64,000 nucleotides of DNA from an uncultured Chloroflexia bacterium (GCA_963796365.1 CAWCLJ010000004.1:1162519-1226518), one strand, 5' to 3'; positions 17,216 through 29,356 are shown, counted from the first letter of the stretch. The notes: generated from the letters alone by a model not told the origin. Numbers and translations: made by a program.

Positions 17216-18319
17216 TCAGGCAAACATCCAAATCAATATCCCGATAATTAAAGCAAAGAGGACCGAGTAGCCGAAACCGTGCTCCTCCATGTAAGCCAGG
17301 AAGCGGCTGAAACCGGAACTCGTTTTGACCGTGATGACAACATCGCTGGTGGCGTTGCTCTGCGTATAGGTCGCGCGCCAGACATGCCCGTAGCTGCCCC
17401 TCGCCTCATCCACCGCGTAAGCGGGCGCTGGAACATCGACAAACGGCTGGATGTTGGAACCGGAAATAAAATCGTAGCCGGAATGTTCGGCGCCAAGTTT
17501 GGGATACCGGACGCTGAAGTCCATCTCTGAAGGAGCGTTAATATAGACGCGCGTCAGCTTTATCGGCTTCGCCCAGGCATCACCGGTGCCGAGCGGATAG
17601 GTGATGGTCTTGCCGCCGTCCGCCGTAATCGCTTCGGTAGTCCAGGCAAGGTGCAAGCCGGGCTCGGTGGCGGCCGGCTGCCCGGGGGCGGTGCTTTCCT
17701 GCGTTAAAGTGGAGGCCGGCCTGGTATTCAGCTTCACAATAGCTATTTGCTGCCCTTTCAGGCGGGAAAGCGTTCCGATGACGTTATCCGGCAGGCCGTT
17801 AGTCTGTATCAGGTCGTTGAGGTCGGTATTATCATCAATGCCGTAGATGCTTATTTGGGAGCTGGCCGTCGTTAAAGTTTGTTCCGGCTTTTGCGAGGCG
17901 GCCCCGCAGCCGGTAAGCAGCACCGGCGCCCAGGCGGGGATGAGTATCGCGCCGTTATTCAAAAGCGCCCCGGCAAATAATGCCTGGAGAGCCCCTTGTC
18001 TATTATTCGCTCCGTCCCGGAGGTCGTTATCTATCCACTTAGTGACGTGTTCATCGAAGGTGAAAAGGTCCTGTTCAACCGCTTGAAAACCGGCGGTATT
18101 CTTGCCGATGGGCACGAAAAAGGTAATTTGATGGGAGACGGGGGTGGCATCCAGGATGGAAATAAAGAGGTCTATTTGCGCCTTGTCCTGCCCGAGGATG
18201 GTTACGACGCCTATCTGGTGCCCCTCTTCCAGGTCCGCCCAGAGGTCATGGGGAACAATAGGCCCGCCGTCGGCAAAAGCGGGGGAGGGAACATTGATAG
18301 CTAAAAGGACAACCAACAA
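17216..18319 (-). CDS. exported protein with C-terminal membrane anchor (possibly DUF2330-like)
   Basis: Signal-like N-terminus ending 'SPAFADGG' and a C-terminal TM 'VLFALIIGILIWMFA'. The hydrophobic leader continues upstream of 18319 in frame, so the true start may be further 5'. Confidence 0.6.
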   Translation of the reverse strand: MLVVLLAINVPSPAFADGGPIVPHDLWADLEEGHQIGVVTILGQDKAQIDLFISILDATPVSHQITFFVPIGKNTAGFQAVEQDLFTFDEHVTKWIDNDLRDGANNRQGALQALFAGALLNNGAILIPAWAPVLLTGCGAASQKPEQTLTTASSQISIYGIDDNTDLNDLIQTNGLPDNVIGTLSRLKGQQIAIVKLNTRPASTLTQESTAPGQPAATEPGLHLAWTTEAITADGGKTITYPLGTGDAWAKPIKLTRVYINAPSEMDFSVRYPKLGAEHSGYDFISGSNIQPFVDVPAPAYAVDEARGSYGHVWRATYTQSNATSDVVITVKTSSGFSRFLAYMEEHGFGYSVLFALIIGILIWMFA

Positions 18320-18693
18320 AAGGAAAACAACTGCAGGTAAAATTTTTCCGGCGGAAATGTTACCTCCCGGGGATTTATTGATACCAGTTTAGGGAATGGG
18401 AGGTATTTAGTCAATATTTCAACTATTTAGAGCGTAACAAAAAACAAAAATCCCCCGGAACTCTTGAAAGGAAACGGGGGATAAATCATTACTCGCTTAT
18501 TTCTACATTTGTCTCGTATACCAGTCAGGTCTACCGGTTAAATAATTTAAATTCTTTCCGCCCATTTTTTATCTATGAATTGTGTTTTTAAGATTTGCCC
18601 CCGTATCGCAGTACGGGGCATGCTTTTGACTTCTGATTTATTCTTATCAACCCCCTGAATGAGGGTGAGTGTGAGTAGTTGGTAGTTAGGGAT

Positions 18694-18747
18694 GACCGGG
18701 GGACGCCCCCGGAGCCCCCGCCAGAGAGAACTCTCTCCGGGCTCTCT
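18694..18747 (-). repeat. family-A element, copy A2
   Basis: The reverse complement reads GAGAGCCCGGAGAGAGTTCTCTCTGGCGGGGGCTCCGGGGGCGTCCCCCGGTC. Confidence 0.75.
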
Positions 18748-18956
18748 TTATTTCGTATATTTCTTGCTCATGCCTATTAAATTACCAAATCTCTTTACCC
18801 ACCGCAGGCCCCGTATCAACCTCTTTATGCAGATTATCTTTAGTAATTTTGGCTAATAGTTGATTAAGGGTAACAGGTTTTCTATTAACCAGTTTTTTAT
18901 TTTTGAGTTGTGGTTTTGAGATGTGAGATTTGATTTTTGATTTCTCCTTCCCACCC

Positions 18957-19409
18957 CTATTTCGTGTATTTCTGGCTCATGCCGGCCGTAAAGTGGAACA
19001 TCGGCTTATCTATTTTCCGGATGTTTATTGGGCCGTGTTTGGTGCCGGCCGGGACGAAACAGAGGAAGCTCCGGTCAATAAAGTTCTGCTTGCCGTCAAT
19101 CCAGATTTCAATCAGGCCGTTGAGATTATAACGGTCATCGGGGTCGGTGCCGACCCAGGCGATGACCTCGTCGTAATCATGGACGTGCTCACCGATGGTG
19201 CGGTCTTTCCGCGTGCCGGTCTTATCCGGCCAGTCGTCGGGCAGGAACCAGGCTGTTTCCATGTAGAAAGCGCCCTTCATGACGTTGTTATCGAGTGAGA
19301 TAACGCGCCGCGCCTCATTATCCGTAAACACCGGCGACCACGGCGCAGCTCCCACCACGTCCTGCAGCTCGGTCACAAAATATTTTTTGTCCCATTTAGC
19401 TTTAGCCAT
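18957..19409 (-). CDS. metal-binding cupin paralog 3
   Basis: Cupin motif 1 'GEHVHDYDEVIAWVG' and motif 2 'FVPAGTKHGP'. Its ATG shares one base with the stop codon of paralog 2 (TAATG). Confidence 0.7.
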   Translation of the reverse strand: MAKAKWDKKYFVTELQDVVGAAPWSPVFTDNEARRVISLDNNVMKGAFYMETAWFLPDDWPDKTGTRKDRTIGEHVHDYDEVIAWVGTDPDDRYNLNGLIEIWIDGKQNFIDRSFLCFVPAGTKHGPINIRKIDKPMFHFTAGMSQKYTK

Positions 19410-19891
19410 TATTTTTTCCTCCCCTTTTGCTGCTCATGGATTTGTTTTTGATGCCCGCCGGGGTCGGCTTCGGCGAGGGACCCGGCGCCGATCATGATGG
19501 TAAATTCAAGGTGCGGATGCCAGAATTTTTTCCAGGTCAGCGGCCCGTGCTTAACGCCCTTCGGGACGAAGACACAGGATGTTTTATTGAGAATGAGCAG
19601 CTGCCCGTCCACCATGAACTCGATTTCCCCGCCCAGGTCCTCCTGGTCTTTGGGGTCGGTGCCGAGGTGGATAACGATTTCATCGTAATCATGCGTGTGC
19701 TCGAGGATGTGGGGATTGGGGTCCGGCATGCCCAGCACCCAGCCGGTCTCGATATAGAAGTTGGAGCCGGGCACCAGGGCGTTGCTCAATAACGTCATCG
19801 CATTGGTGCGGCCCTTCACAACCATCGGCGGGACGACTTCATAGCCGGGTTGGCTGACGAAGTATTTTTTGGCATCGAACTTTTTCGGCAT
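19409..19891 (-). CDS. metal-binding cupin paralog 2
   Basis: 'LEHTHDYDEIVIHLG' and 'VFVPKGVKHGP'. 160 aa with a basic C-terminal tail. Confidence 0.7.
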   Translation of the reverse strand: MPKKFDAKKYFVSQPGYEVVPPMVVKGRTNAMTLLSNALVPGSNFYIETGWVLGMPDPNPHILEHTHDYDEIVIHLGTDPKDQEDLGGEIEFMVDGQLLILNKTSCVFVPKGVKHGPLTWKKFWHPHLEFTIMIGAGSLAEADPGGHQKQIHEQQKGRKK

Positions 19892-19911
19892 CTTTACCTC
19901 CTTACGAGATA

Positions 19912-20382
19912 TTACTTCATTATATAGGCGGAATTGTTACCGGACTCGAACATGAAAACGGGTGTATCCAACCGCTTGATAATCAACGGGCAGTGCTTCA
20001 GTCCCTTAGGTATGAAAATATAGCTGCTTTTGGTTATCGGGTAAGGCTCACCGTCCATCCAAAGCTCTATTTCTCCTCCAAGCTCACGCGGGCTATTCCG
20101 GTTAGACCCCACAAACGCGATGATCTCATCGAAGTCATGCTTGTGCTCCGTCTCTATCTGGACGGGTTTGCCGCCGGGAAGCTCCCAGAGCCATTCGCAA
20201 CCCGCGAAAAAAGCCCCTTTCACGAAGGAGTCCTGGATGGCCATCATCATCGTCCGGTCGAGTGTTTTCCCGGCTTTAGCCTGGTCGTCCATCATTTTTA
20301 CGTATTGAGCAGGACGCGGCGGCATCAGGTCTTCCGTGAGGATATTTTTAGCGTATTTTTGAGACTTTTTTTTTACGGGCAT
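19912..20382 (-). CDS. metal-binding cupin paralog 1
   Basis: 'TEHKHDFDEIIAFVG' and 'IFIPKGLKHCP'. It starts 12 nt after the reductase stop, with AGGAGGGG upstream. Confidence 0.7.
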   Translation of the reverse strand: MPVKKKSQKYAKNILTEDLMPPRPAQYVKMMDDQAKAGKTLDRTMMMAIQDSFVKGAFFAGCEWLWELPGGKPVQIETEHKHDFDEIIAFVGSNRNSPRELGGEIELWMDGEPYPITKSSYIFIPKGLKHCPLIIKRLDTPVFMFESGNNSAYIMK

Positions 20383-20394
20383 CGCCGCCCCTCC

Positions 20395-22485
20395 TTATAT
20401 ACCGCGTGCCGCCTGCATGCCGGCGCTGATAGCGTCCGCGATCAAGAGCGGGTCTTTGCAGTCGCCCACGGCATAAACCTCCGGCGCTTTTCCTTTCAGA
20501 CTTTCATACAATGACAAGTCCGGCGCTAAAGGCAAAGCTGTTACGACGGTATCCGCCGGCAGGGCTTTGCGTTCCCCGGCGTCGGTCATAATCATGACCC
20601 CCCGGGGCGTTATTTCGATATCTTTCAAGCCGCTGATGAGCTCGACATTCTTGCGGCGGAACCAGCCGAAGAGGTACGCCTGGATAACGTCCACCATGTT
20701 CTGCCCCAACCGTTCGGCTTTATCGATGATGATGACCTGGCGGCCGCGCAGGGTGAAAAACTCGCCAAGCTCACAGCCCTGAAGCGCGCCCCCGATGATG
20801 ACCACCCGTTTCCCGATAGGGAGATAGAAATTGGTCAGCCACCGCAACATCAGCGGCGGTATAAAACGCAGATAAGACTTAAGCTGTTTGTGCAAGGCGG
20901 CATTGCTGACCACATTAGCGTTCTGAATGCCTTTAATATCCGGGGTGACCTGCTTGCCGCCCACGGCGACGATAACGGCGTCCGGCTTTATTTTGTCGAC
21001 CGTTTCCAGCGTTACTTCTTTCCCGAGCTTAATTTCTACACCCAGGTTTTTCAGTTGCCGCCGGTAATAATTTACCAGTTCCGGCAGGGGTTCCAGTTCC
21101 GTGCCTTTGACCAGCGCGGCAATCCCTAATAATCCGCCTAATTTTGTCTGTTTATCGTACAGGGTAACGTCATGCCCGCGCAGGGCGGCGACCCTGGCGG
21201 CTTCCAGCCCGGCCGGTCCGGCCCCGATGACGAGCACCTTTTTCTTTTTGTCCGCTTGCCCGGCAGTATTATATTCCTTGCCCATAAAAGCATTAACACG
21301 GCAGCGCTGGCTGCCCAGGCAGTTTTCACAGGCCATGCAAGGCACGATATCTTTCATTTGGCCGGCAATAACTTTGTTGGGGTAGTCCGGGTCCGCCTGG
21401 AGACGCCGCGTCATGGCGATGAAGTCGGCCTTGCCTTCGCGTAAAGTTTTTTCTCCCAGCCCGGCATCCAGCTTGGCGACCACCATCACCGGGATTTTGA
21501 CCGCCTCTTTAATCTGCCCGGCCAGGTTGACGTTCCAGGCTTTGCCTTTTTCCTTGATGTTATAGACATCCGGGAACGATTTATCGGGGATGGGCGGTTC
21601 CGGGTAGAAAAGCAGGTCCGGCAGGTAGGCGCCGACGTGGTAGCCGAGCCAGTGGCTGCGGATGTGCAACATATTGACGCCGGCGGCTTCCAGCAGTTTT
21701 GCGGTGGCTTTAGCGTCATCGATGGTAATGCATTTTTCGTTGGGAATACCGGCCATCAAGCCGAATTCCGAAGCGTTGATGCAAACGGAGACCGGGAAAT
21801 CGTTCCCCAGCCGCCGTTTAATTTCTTTAACGATAGAGATAACGAAACGGGCGCGGTTTTCGGCCGAACCGCCGTAGATATCCTGCCGCCGGTTCCAGAA
21901 CGGCGATAGGAAGTTATGCAGTAAATGGCTGCTGGCGGCGTTGATATCCACGCCGTCGAACCCGGCTTTTTGCGCCCGCACCGCCGCACTGACAAACTTT
22001 TCGATGATAACCTCGATTTCCGGTATCGTCAGCGCGTGGGGCACCTGGTTATGGAAGTCATTTTCCGCCTTCAGGCTAACGGGGGAGGCGGCGATAGGGG
22101 GGCCTAGAAAAGCGGGGTCGGGGTCTTCGAAGAGGGGGGCCTGCCAGGGGCCGTCATGGTTCATCTGCATGAAAGTGGGGCAGCCGTAGCTGTGAATCAT
22201 CTTCGGGAGGGCGCTTAAACCCGGCACGAACTTATCGTCATCGATGCGGTAGCGGGCGCGCCACCTGGCGCCGGAAGGGTAGTCTATCGTCGGGGACTCT
22301 ACGATGAGCAGGCCGATGCCGCCCCGCGCCAGCGACTCATAATACGCCATGACTTTGCCGTTCATGGTCGTTTCGCTTTCGTGCCACATCATTACCCCCG
22401 CCCCGGTCTTGACCATGCGGTTGCGCGTTTTGACTGGCCCGATATAGCCCGGCTCGAGGAGTTTTTCGAATTGCTTGTTGGCCAT
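20395..22485 (-). CDS. OYE-family NADH:flavin oxidoreductase with Fe-S and FAD/NAD(P) domains (2,4-dienoyl-CoA / enoate reductase architecture)
   Basis: 696 aa. N-terminal TIM-barrel OYE blocks, a cysteine cluster 'PCMACENCLGSQRC' and a Rossmann 'VLVIGAGPAGLEAA'. Confidence 0.85.
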   Translation of the reverse strand: MANKQFEKLLEPGYIGPVKTRNRMVKTGAGVMMWHESETTMNGKVMAYYESLARGGIGLLIVESPTIDYPSGARWRARYRIDDDKFVPGLSALPKMIHSYGCPTFMQMNHDGPWQAPLFEDPDPAFLGPPIAASPVSLKAENDFHNQVPHALTIPEIEVIIEKFVSAAVRAQKAGFDGVDINAASSHLLHNFLSPFWNRRQDIYGGSAENRARFVISIVKEIKRRLGNDFPVSVCINASEFGLMAGIPNEKCITIDDAKATAKLLEAAGVNMLHIRSHWLGYHVGAYLPDLLFYPEPPIPDKSFPDVYNIKEKGKAWNVNLAGQIKEAVKIPVMVVAKLDAGLGEKTLREGKADFIAMTRRLQADPDYPNKVIAGQMKDIVPCMACENCLGSQRCRVNAFMGKEYNTAGQADKKKKVLVIGAGPAGLEAARVAALRGHDVTLYDKQTKLGGLLGIAALVKGTELEPLPELVNYYRRQLKNLGVEIKLGKEVTLETVDKIKPDAVIVAVGGKQVTPDIKGIQNANVVSNAALHKQLKSYLRFIPPLMLRWLTNFYLPIGKRVVIIGGALQGCELGEFFTLRGRQVIIIDKAERLGQNMVDVIQAYLFGWFRRKNVELISGLKDIEITPRGVMIMTDAGERKALPADTVVTALPLAPDLSLYESLKGKAPEVYAVGDCKDPLLIADAISAGMQAARGI

Positions 22486-22617
22486 AGAGATTCCCCCGTT
22501 GGTAAAACTTGCTGATATTATACAACTTTAACTATTCAAATTCATGTTATAACCGCTGCGTGTAAACATCAAAGACCGATGGTACGAAGAGAATGAATGA
22601 CCGGAATTAGTGAAGGG

Positions 22618-23367
22618 CTAACCCGGGAACAGGGAGTGAAAAATTAGTGCGCCGTAATAATAAGGTTCATGCCAGTAAATAATATTGACCACTTTCGGGA
22701 ACAGCGTCTCAAAGACGGGGCCGATGTATCGCCAGGCAAAAAAGAGGAAGACAAAACCGATAAAACTGAAGGCGCGGCTGGTGACCAACGCCCCGTATTT
22801 ACGGGCGGCATTTTCCGTCAGGAACAGGGAGATGATGCCGCTCCCATCCAGCGGCGGTATGGGTATGATGTTGAAGATAAACAATATCAGGTTCTGGGTA
22901 AACAGCATGCTGAAGAACGTAGCGAGGCCGGTCAAAACACCGCCGGAAACCGGGGCGACGATGGTATAAAAGTTAATTGATTTAGGCCCGGTGAAGAAAC
23001 CGGTAAGCACGCCAGTCTCCAGGACGATGAATGAAACGATGAGCAGCAACAGGTTGGCCGCCGGTCCCGCGGCAGACATTAAAGCGGCTTGGCGCGGGTT
23101 TTTATGTGCCCAGAAAACATCGTACGGCGTGGATGCCCATCCGATAGGCCAATGGATTAAGATGATAGAGATGATGGGTATGACCACCATGCCTATCGGC
23201 GACCGTCTAATATGCGGCCACGGGTTCAATGATACCTGCCCGCCTTCATAAGCCGTAGGATCGCCGCCTTTTAAGGCCGCCCAGGCATGAGCCGCTTCAT
23301 GGAACGTCGCGGAAATAATAAAAATGAAGAACCAGGCAAAACCATAGGCTATTTCCGATTTATTCAT
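22618..23367 (-). CDS. site-2 protease family (peptidase M50) membrane metalloprotease
   Basis: 'FHEAAHAWAA' HExxH within a TM segment, a multi-pass protein, and 'PIPPLDGS'. Confidence 0.8.
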   Translation of the reverse strand: MNKSEIAYGFAWFFIFIISATFHEAAHAWAALKGGDPTAYEGGQVSLNPWPHIRRSPIGMVVIPIISIILIHWPIGWASTPYDVFWAHKNPRQAALMSAAGPAANLLLLIVSFIVLETGVLTGFFTGPKSINFYTIVAPVSGGVLTGLATFFSMLFTQNLILFIFNIIPIPPLDGSGIISLFLTENAARKYGALVTSRAFSFIGFVFLFFAWRYIGPVFETLFPKVVNIIYWHEPYYYGALIFHSLFPG

Positions 23368-23603
23368 AGACCGGCGTTATTATAGGCAATGGTATAAATG
23401 TATGTCAACTAAAAAGGAAAATATCAAGTAACAACTGGTTAAGTAACAAGGAATGATTAAGGGGTAAGTGATCAGGGGTTAGGGGTAAGTTCACCCTCAC
23501 CCCGTATCGAGTACGGGGCAAGCTCTTAATCCTCTCCCGTCAAGGGAGAGGAAACTTGGGGGATTTTATCACTTATTATTCCTCACTTGCTACCTGGCAG
23601 TTG

Positions 23604-23999
23604 CTACTTCCCCCTCAGCATCTTCTTCATCGGCGTCCAGTAGTAGTCTTTCCACCCCTGGGAAACGTCTTCAAACTGGTCTTCCGGGACGCCGGTCTGG
23701 GTAAAAGTCATTTTGGTGCCGCCGTCAGCTTTAGCGAAGGCGAAGGTGACTTCAGAATAGTGCCCCTCCGGCCAGTCATCTGCCCGCCAGGTCTGCACGA
23801 TTTTTTTATCTGGGTCCAGCTCTTTGTTTACGCCGGTAGCATAGCCATCGAAAACATTGAACTTTCCGCCGACTTTCCGGCTGATGGTCGCCTTGCCGCC
23901 GGTGAATTCCGCGTGCTTTTTAGCGTCTATCAAGGCCTCATAGACATCATGCGGGCTAGCTTTGAAAGTTACCGATTGTTTAATTGTTTTAGTCTCCAT
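23604..23999 (-). CDS. SRPBCC / AHSA1 (activator of Hsp90 ATPase homolog 1-like) domain protein
   Basis: 'IKQSVTFKASPHDVYEALIDAKKHAEFTG' and 'VTFAFAKADGGTKMTFTQTGVP' are typical of AHSA1-family proteins. Confidence 0.8.
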   Translation of the reverse strand: METKTIKQSVTFKASPHDVYEALIDAKKHAEFTGGKATISRKVGGKFNVFDGYATGVNKELDPDKKIVQTWRADDWPEGHYSEVTFAFAKADGGTKMTFTQTGVPEDQFEDVSQGWKDYYWTPMKKMLRGK

Positions 24000-24095
24000 T
24001 TTTCCCTCCCCATAATTTAAAAATACCAGTTACTTGACTGATATTCAACCCCTTGAATGAGGGTGAGTGCGAGTGCGAGTAGTTAATAGTTTGGG

Positions 24096-24446
24096 TTATC
24101 GGGGGTGTCCGGACTCCTTATTCTCCATCCCGTCCAAACATTCTTTTTTATCCAGCCCCGCCTGCCATATGGCGCAGCATTCCGGTTTTACCGTGTGAAT
24201 AGCGCAGGCGCTTAAGCCCCCCTCCCACTTCAGGAAGGCGCAGGCCCCGTTGACATGGCGTATCAGGCGCCACTCGGAGAATTTCCAGCGCGGGTCGTCG
24301 TAAAGCTCGTCCCACTCTTTGAGCGTAATTCCCAGGTACTTAACGATACGTGGGATATCTTCAGGCGTCACGAAGGCCTGGTGCCTCGTGCAGCAGGTGC
24401 CGCAGCGACGGCACGCGATAGGTTGTTTAGATTCCGCAGTGGCCAT
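24096..24446 (-). CDS. YkgJ-family CxxCxxCC cysteine-cluster protein
   Basis: 'CRRCGTCCTRH' motif. Start MATAESK at 24446. The upstream part of the listed ORF is a repeat module. Confidence 0.75.
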   Translation of the reverse strand: MATAESKQPIACRRCGTCCTRHQAFVTPEDIPRIVKYLGITLKEWDELYDDPRWKFSEWRLIRHVNGACAFLKWEGGLSACAIHTVKPECCAIWQAGLDKKECLDGMENKESGHPR

Positions 24447-24568
24447 TTTACTCACATCCCCTTTAATCCCCCTTCGAAGGGGGAAAGGAAAGGGCAAACC
24501 AGCGGTTCTTTGTTTTAGCAAATTATCCTCGCCCTTCTAAGGGAGAGTTAGAGAGGGATTTTTCAATT

Positions 24569-25120
24569 TTACTTGATAATCGCGCTTATCTGCTTGAACT
24601 TATCGCCTTTGGCAACTTTCAGCAGCTCAAAGAGCGCCATCTCGGTTGAGGTTATGCCTACGCCGCCGGTACCCAGTTTAAAAAGCGCTGCCAGGCGGTT
24701 TTCCGGTTCGCGTGAAGCTATGCAGTCCCCGACCACTTCCACCTGGTAAAACGACCGCGCCAGCGCGGCGGCGGTCTGGTAAACGCAGATATGGGCTTCG
24801 ATGCCGGCCATCAGCACCTGCTTGCGCTTTACGGCATCCAGCGCCGCGGTAAAAGCCGGTTCATCGCAACAGCTAAAGCAGGTCTTTTCCACCGGCTTTA
24901 TATCGGGGAGGAGTTTTTTAATCTCCGGGATGGTCGGCCCGAGGCCGTTGGGGTACTGCTCGGTGATAATGACCGGAATTTCCAACGTTATAGCGCCCTT
25001 AATCAGCTTCAGGACATTATTCAACAGCTTTTCTTTGTCGTGCATGGCGGGGAAAAGTCTTTCCTGGAAATCGATAAGCACCAGCACCGTCTTTTCAACT
25101 GTCAAAGCATCCGGAAGCAT
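24569..25120 (-). CDS. isochorismatase-family cysteine hydrolase
   Basis: 'VLVLIDFQ' and 'LMAGIEAHICV' (catalytic Cys context). Confidence 0.8.
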   Translation of the reverse strand: MLPDALTVEKTVLVLIDFQERLFPAMHDKEKLLNNVLKLIKGAITLEIPVIITEQYPNGLGPTIPEIKKLLPDIKPVEKTCFSCCDEPAFTAALDAVKRKQVLMAGIEAHICVYQTAAALARSFYQVEVVGDCIASREPENRLAALFKLGTGGVGITSTEMALFELLKVAKGDKFKQISAIIK

Positions 25121-25181
25121 ATATTTTACCTCAACTCAAATATAACGTTATGGCTAACTTATTAAGTATAAATACCGGTTG

Positions 25182-25439
25182 TTGAAGTGTCAAAAAGATA
25201 CCCTTTTCGATATCAAGGAATAATACCCGGAGCTTATCCCGGAACTGGCGGCGCAGGGGTTTGCCGGGGTCGCCAATGAAAAAATGCGCACCACCCACGC
25301 TAAAGAAATGACGATCATCAAGGGCTGCGAACATTTAGGAATCGATATCCAGAAGGTAGTCAAGGCGCTGAAAGCCAAAGGCTTTACCGTTAAAAACTGC
25401 CCCCGCTTAAGCCGGTTACTTTATCCGGCCAGATTATGA
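25182..25439 (+). pseudogene. DUF1858-like protein with in-frame TAA at codon ~14
   Basis: Reads '(TTG)KCQKDTLFDIKE*YPELIPELAAQGFAGVANEKMRTTHAKEMTIIKGCEHLGIDIQKVVKALKAKGF'. The stop TAA is at 25221-25223, inside the conserved 'ILEKYPE'-type segment. Confidence 0.5.
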
Positions 25440-25476
25440 ATATTTCCCCGGCTGTCAGCAGGTAAACATTTATAAT

Positions 25477-26244
25477 CTACTTCAATACCAGCACATTGGC
25501 AAAAACCTGCCACGCGAGCAGCGACTTGGCGGTGAGACTAAGAATAATATAGGCCTTTTCGCCGTAGAGATAATCGCGCCAGCGCCCAACCTGTTTGTAT
25601 TGCAGCACCATATTAATAGCAAAGCAGTTAAAGAAAACAAACAGGGAAACGATGATGCCGTAAACGAACCCGGGCGGCGATACGCTGATTCCGGGTGCCG
25701 CCACATAAACGGCGATGGCAATCCACGGAATGATGCCGGCAAAGCTCCCCATCCAGAACGGCAGCCAGCCCGCTTTGCCCGGTTTTTCATATTTTTCCTG
25801 CAGCGCGCCGAAAAGAATCATGCAGGCGTTGACGCCGAAGATGGCCATCAACGCGGCTACATCGCTGATGCCGGTAATCTGGGCTATCAGCACAATCATT
25901 ATCGAAGAGCTGAAGAAATACTCTATCCAGCGCCCGTAATTTTTGTTCTCCAGCAGGTTGCGCCTGTACCAGGGAAAAACCCAGGGAGACGCGATGGTCA
26001 GCAGTGAAAGCGCGGAGATGGCCATGAAGGCGAAAACACCCCAGCCGGTCTGGATGTCCCAGATTTGATGGAGCGTGACGGCGCTGCCGGGCGGGCCCTG
26101 CATGAAGGTAGCGGATACCGGCAAAGAGAAATTATTCGTGAATACCGCCATGGCGACGGCCTGGGCGGCGAGAACCAGCCCGACCACGATATTCCAGACT
26201 CTTAGATTATTGAGTTTGCGTTCCATAGACTGGTCAACAGCCAT
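25477..26244 (-). CDS. heliorhodopsin
   Basis: 255 aa, 7-TM. Family blocks 'RWIEYFFSSSIMIVLIAQ', 'AIFGVNACMILFGALQEKY', 'PGFVYGIIVSLFVFFN' and 'ILSLTAKSLLAWQ' (retinal Lys), plus the counterion-position Glu in 'WIEY'. Confidence 0.85.
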   Translation of the reverse strand: MAVDQSMERKLNNLRVWNIVVGLVLAAQAVAMAVFTNNFSLPVSATFMQGPPGSAVTLHQIWDIQTGWGVFAFMAISALSLLTIASPWVFPWYRRNLLENKNYGRWIEYFFSSSIMIVLIAQITGISDVAALMAIFGVNACMILFGALQEKYEKPGKAGWLPFWMGSFAGIIPWIAIAVYVAAPGISVSPPGFVYGIIVSLFVFFNCFAINMVLQYKQVGRWRDYLYGEKAYIILSLTAKSLLAWQVFANVLVLK

Positions 26245-26360
26245 ACTGAACTCCTTTCTCCCCTGTTGAGTAGTCCCGCTTTTTTGTTAAATTTGTTTTA
26301 CCGCTCACGAGAAAGGGTAACTCGATAAGTGTTTCAGGTAACCACCCCGGCTCCGATTCT

Positions 26361-26828
26361 CTATTTTACCTGGGTCGTAAGGAACATCTGCAGGCCCATC
26401 TGTGTCATCTGGTCTTGCGCCTCTTCAATATCGTTGACATGGCCGTCTTCGTCATTCAATATGTGCTCAAGGATTTCACGGGTAGCGAAGTCCTTGGCAT
26501 CCCCGCACAGTTTGATAGCCGCATTATACCGCTTCACGGCATCCAGCTCGGCTTCGTGGTCGCTGGCAAACATCTTGGGAACGTCGGCGCCGATATTCAT
26601 TTTCTCGAGTTCGCTTACTACCGGGATACCGTCAAGAAATAATATCCGCCCGATGAGTGTTTCCGAGTGTTTCATCTCGGTCACGGCGCGCTTCTGGATG
26701 GTGTCATGAAGTTTGGTATAACCCCAGTTATCGCACATTTCGGCATGGACCATGTACTGGCTGACGACGGTCAGCTCGCGGGCCAACAAAGAATTAAGTG
26801 CCTCCAGGACTCCAGTATCCCCTTTCAT
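26361..26828 (-). CDS. bfr: bacterioferritin
   Basis: 'LNSLLARELTVVSQYMVHAEM', 'AVTEMKHSETL' (heme Met context) and 'ILNDEDGHVNDIEE' (ferroxidase ligands). Confidence 0.9.
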   Translation of the reverse strand: MKGDTGVLEALNSLLARELTVVSQYMVHAEMCDNWGYTKLHDTIQKRAVTEMKHSETLIGRILFLDGIPVVSELEKMNIGADVPKMFASDHEAELDAVKRYNAAIKLCGDAKDFATREILEHILNDEDGHVNDIEEAQDQMTQMGLQMFLTTQVK

Positions 26829-26996
26829 TTTTGCCTCCTATTTGTTTTAATTTCACTTAGTTTTATACCGAGAGCATCAGCGACACCTTTTCCATAAGCT
26901 TTACCGGCTTTTCAGACAGTTGCCGATGTGCCTGATTTTAACTTCTTTCGGCGCATCTCCCGTTTGGAAACGATGTTCAATACCGTGTGTCAATGA

Positions 26997-29270
<2,274 letters not shown>

Positions 29271-29302
29271 TCACAAATTAAAGGAGGCAAGGAAGAAATA
29301 AA

Positions 29303-29331
29303 TTGACGGGACTGTTTTTACAGACTATTAT
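29303..29331 (+). promoter_or_regulatory. candidate marR promoter in the katG-marR divergent region
   Basis: TTGACG (29303-29308), a 17-bp spacer, then TATTAT (29326-29331), about 25 nt before the marR ATG. Confidence 0.5.
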
Positions 29332-29356
29332 CTGAATAAACACAAAGAATGGCGCA

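Noticed and set aside
25131-25378. Minus-strand ORFs 25131-25334 and 25190-25378.
   Set aside because: They are antisense to the DUF1858-like reading frame, which has the better family match. Neither has an SD or recognisable motifs.
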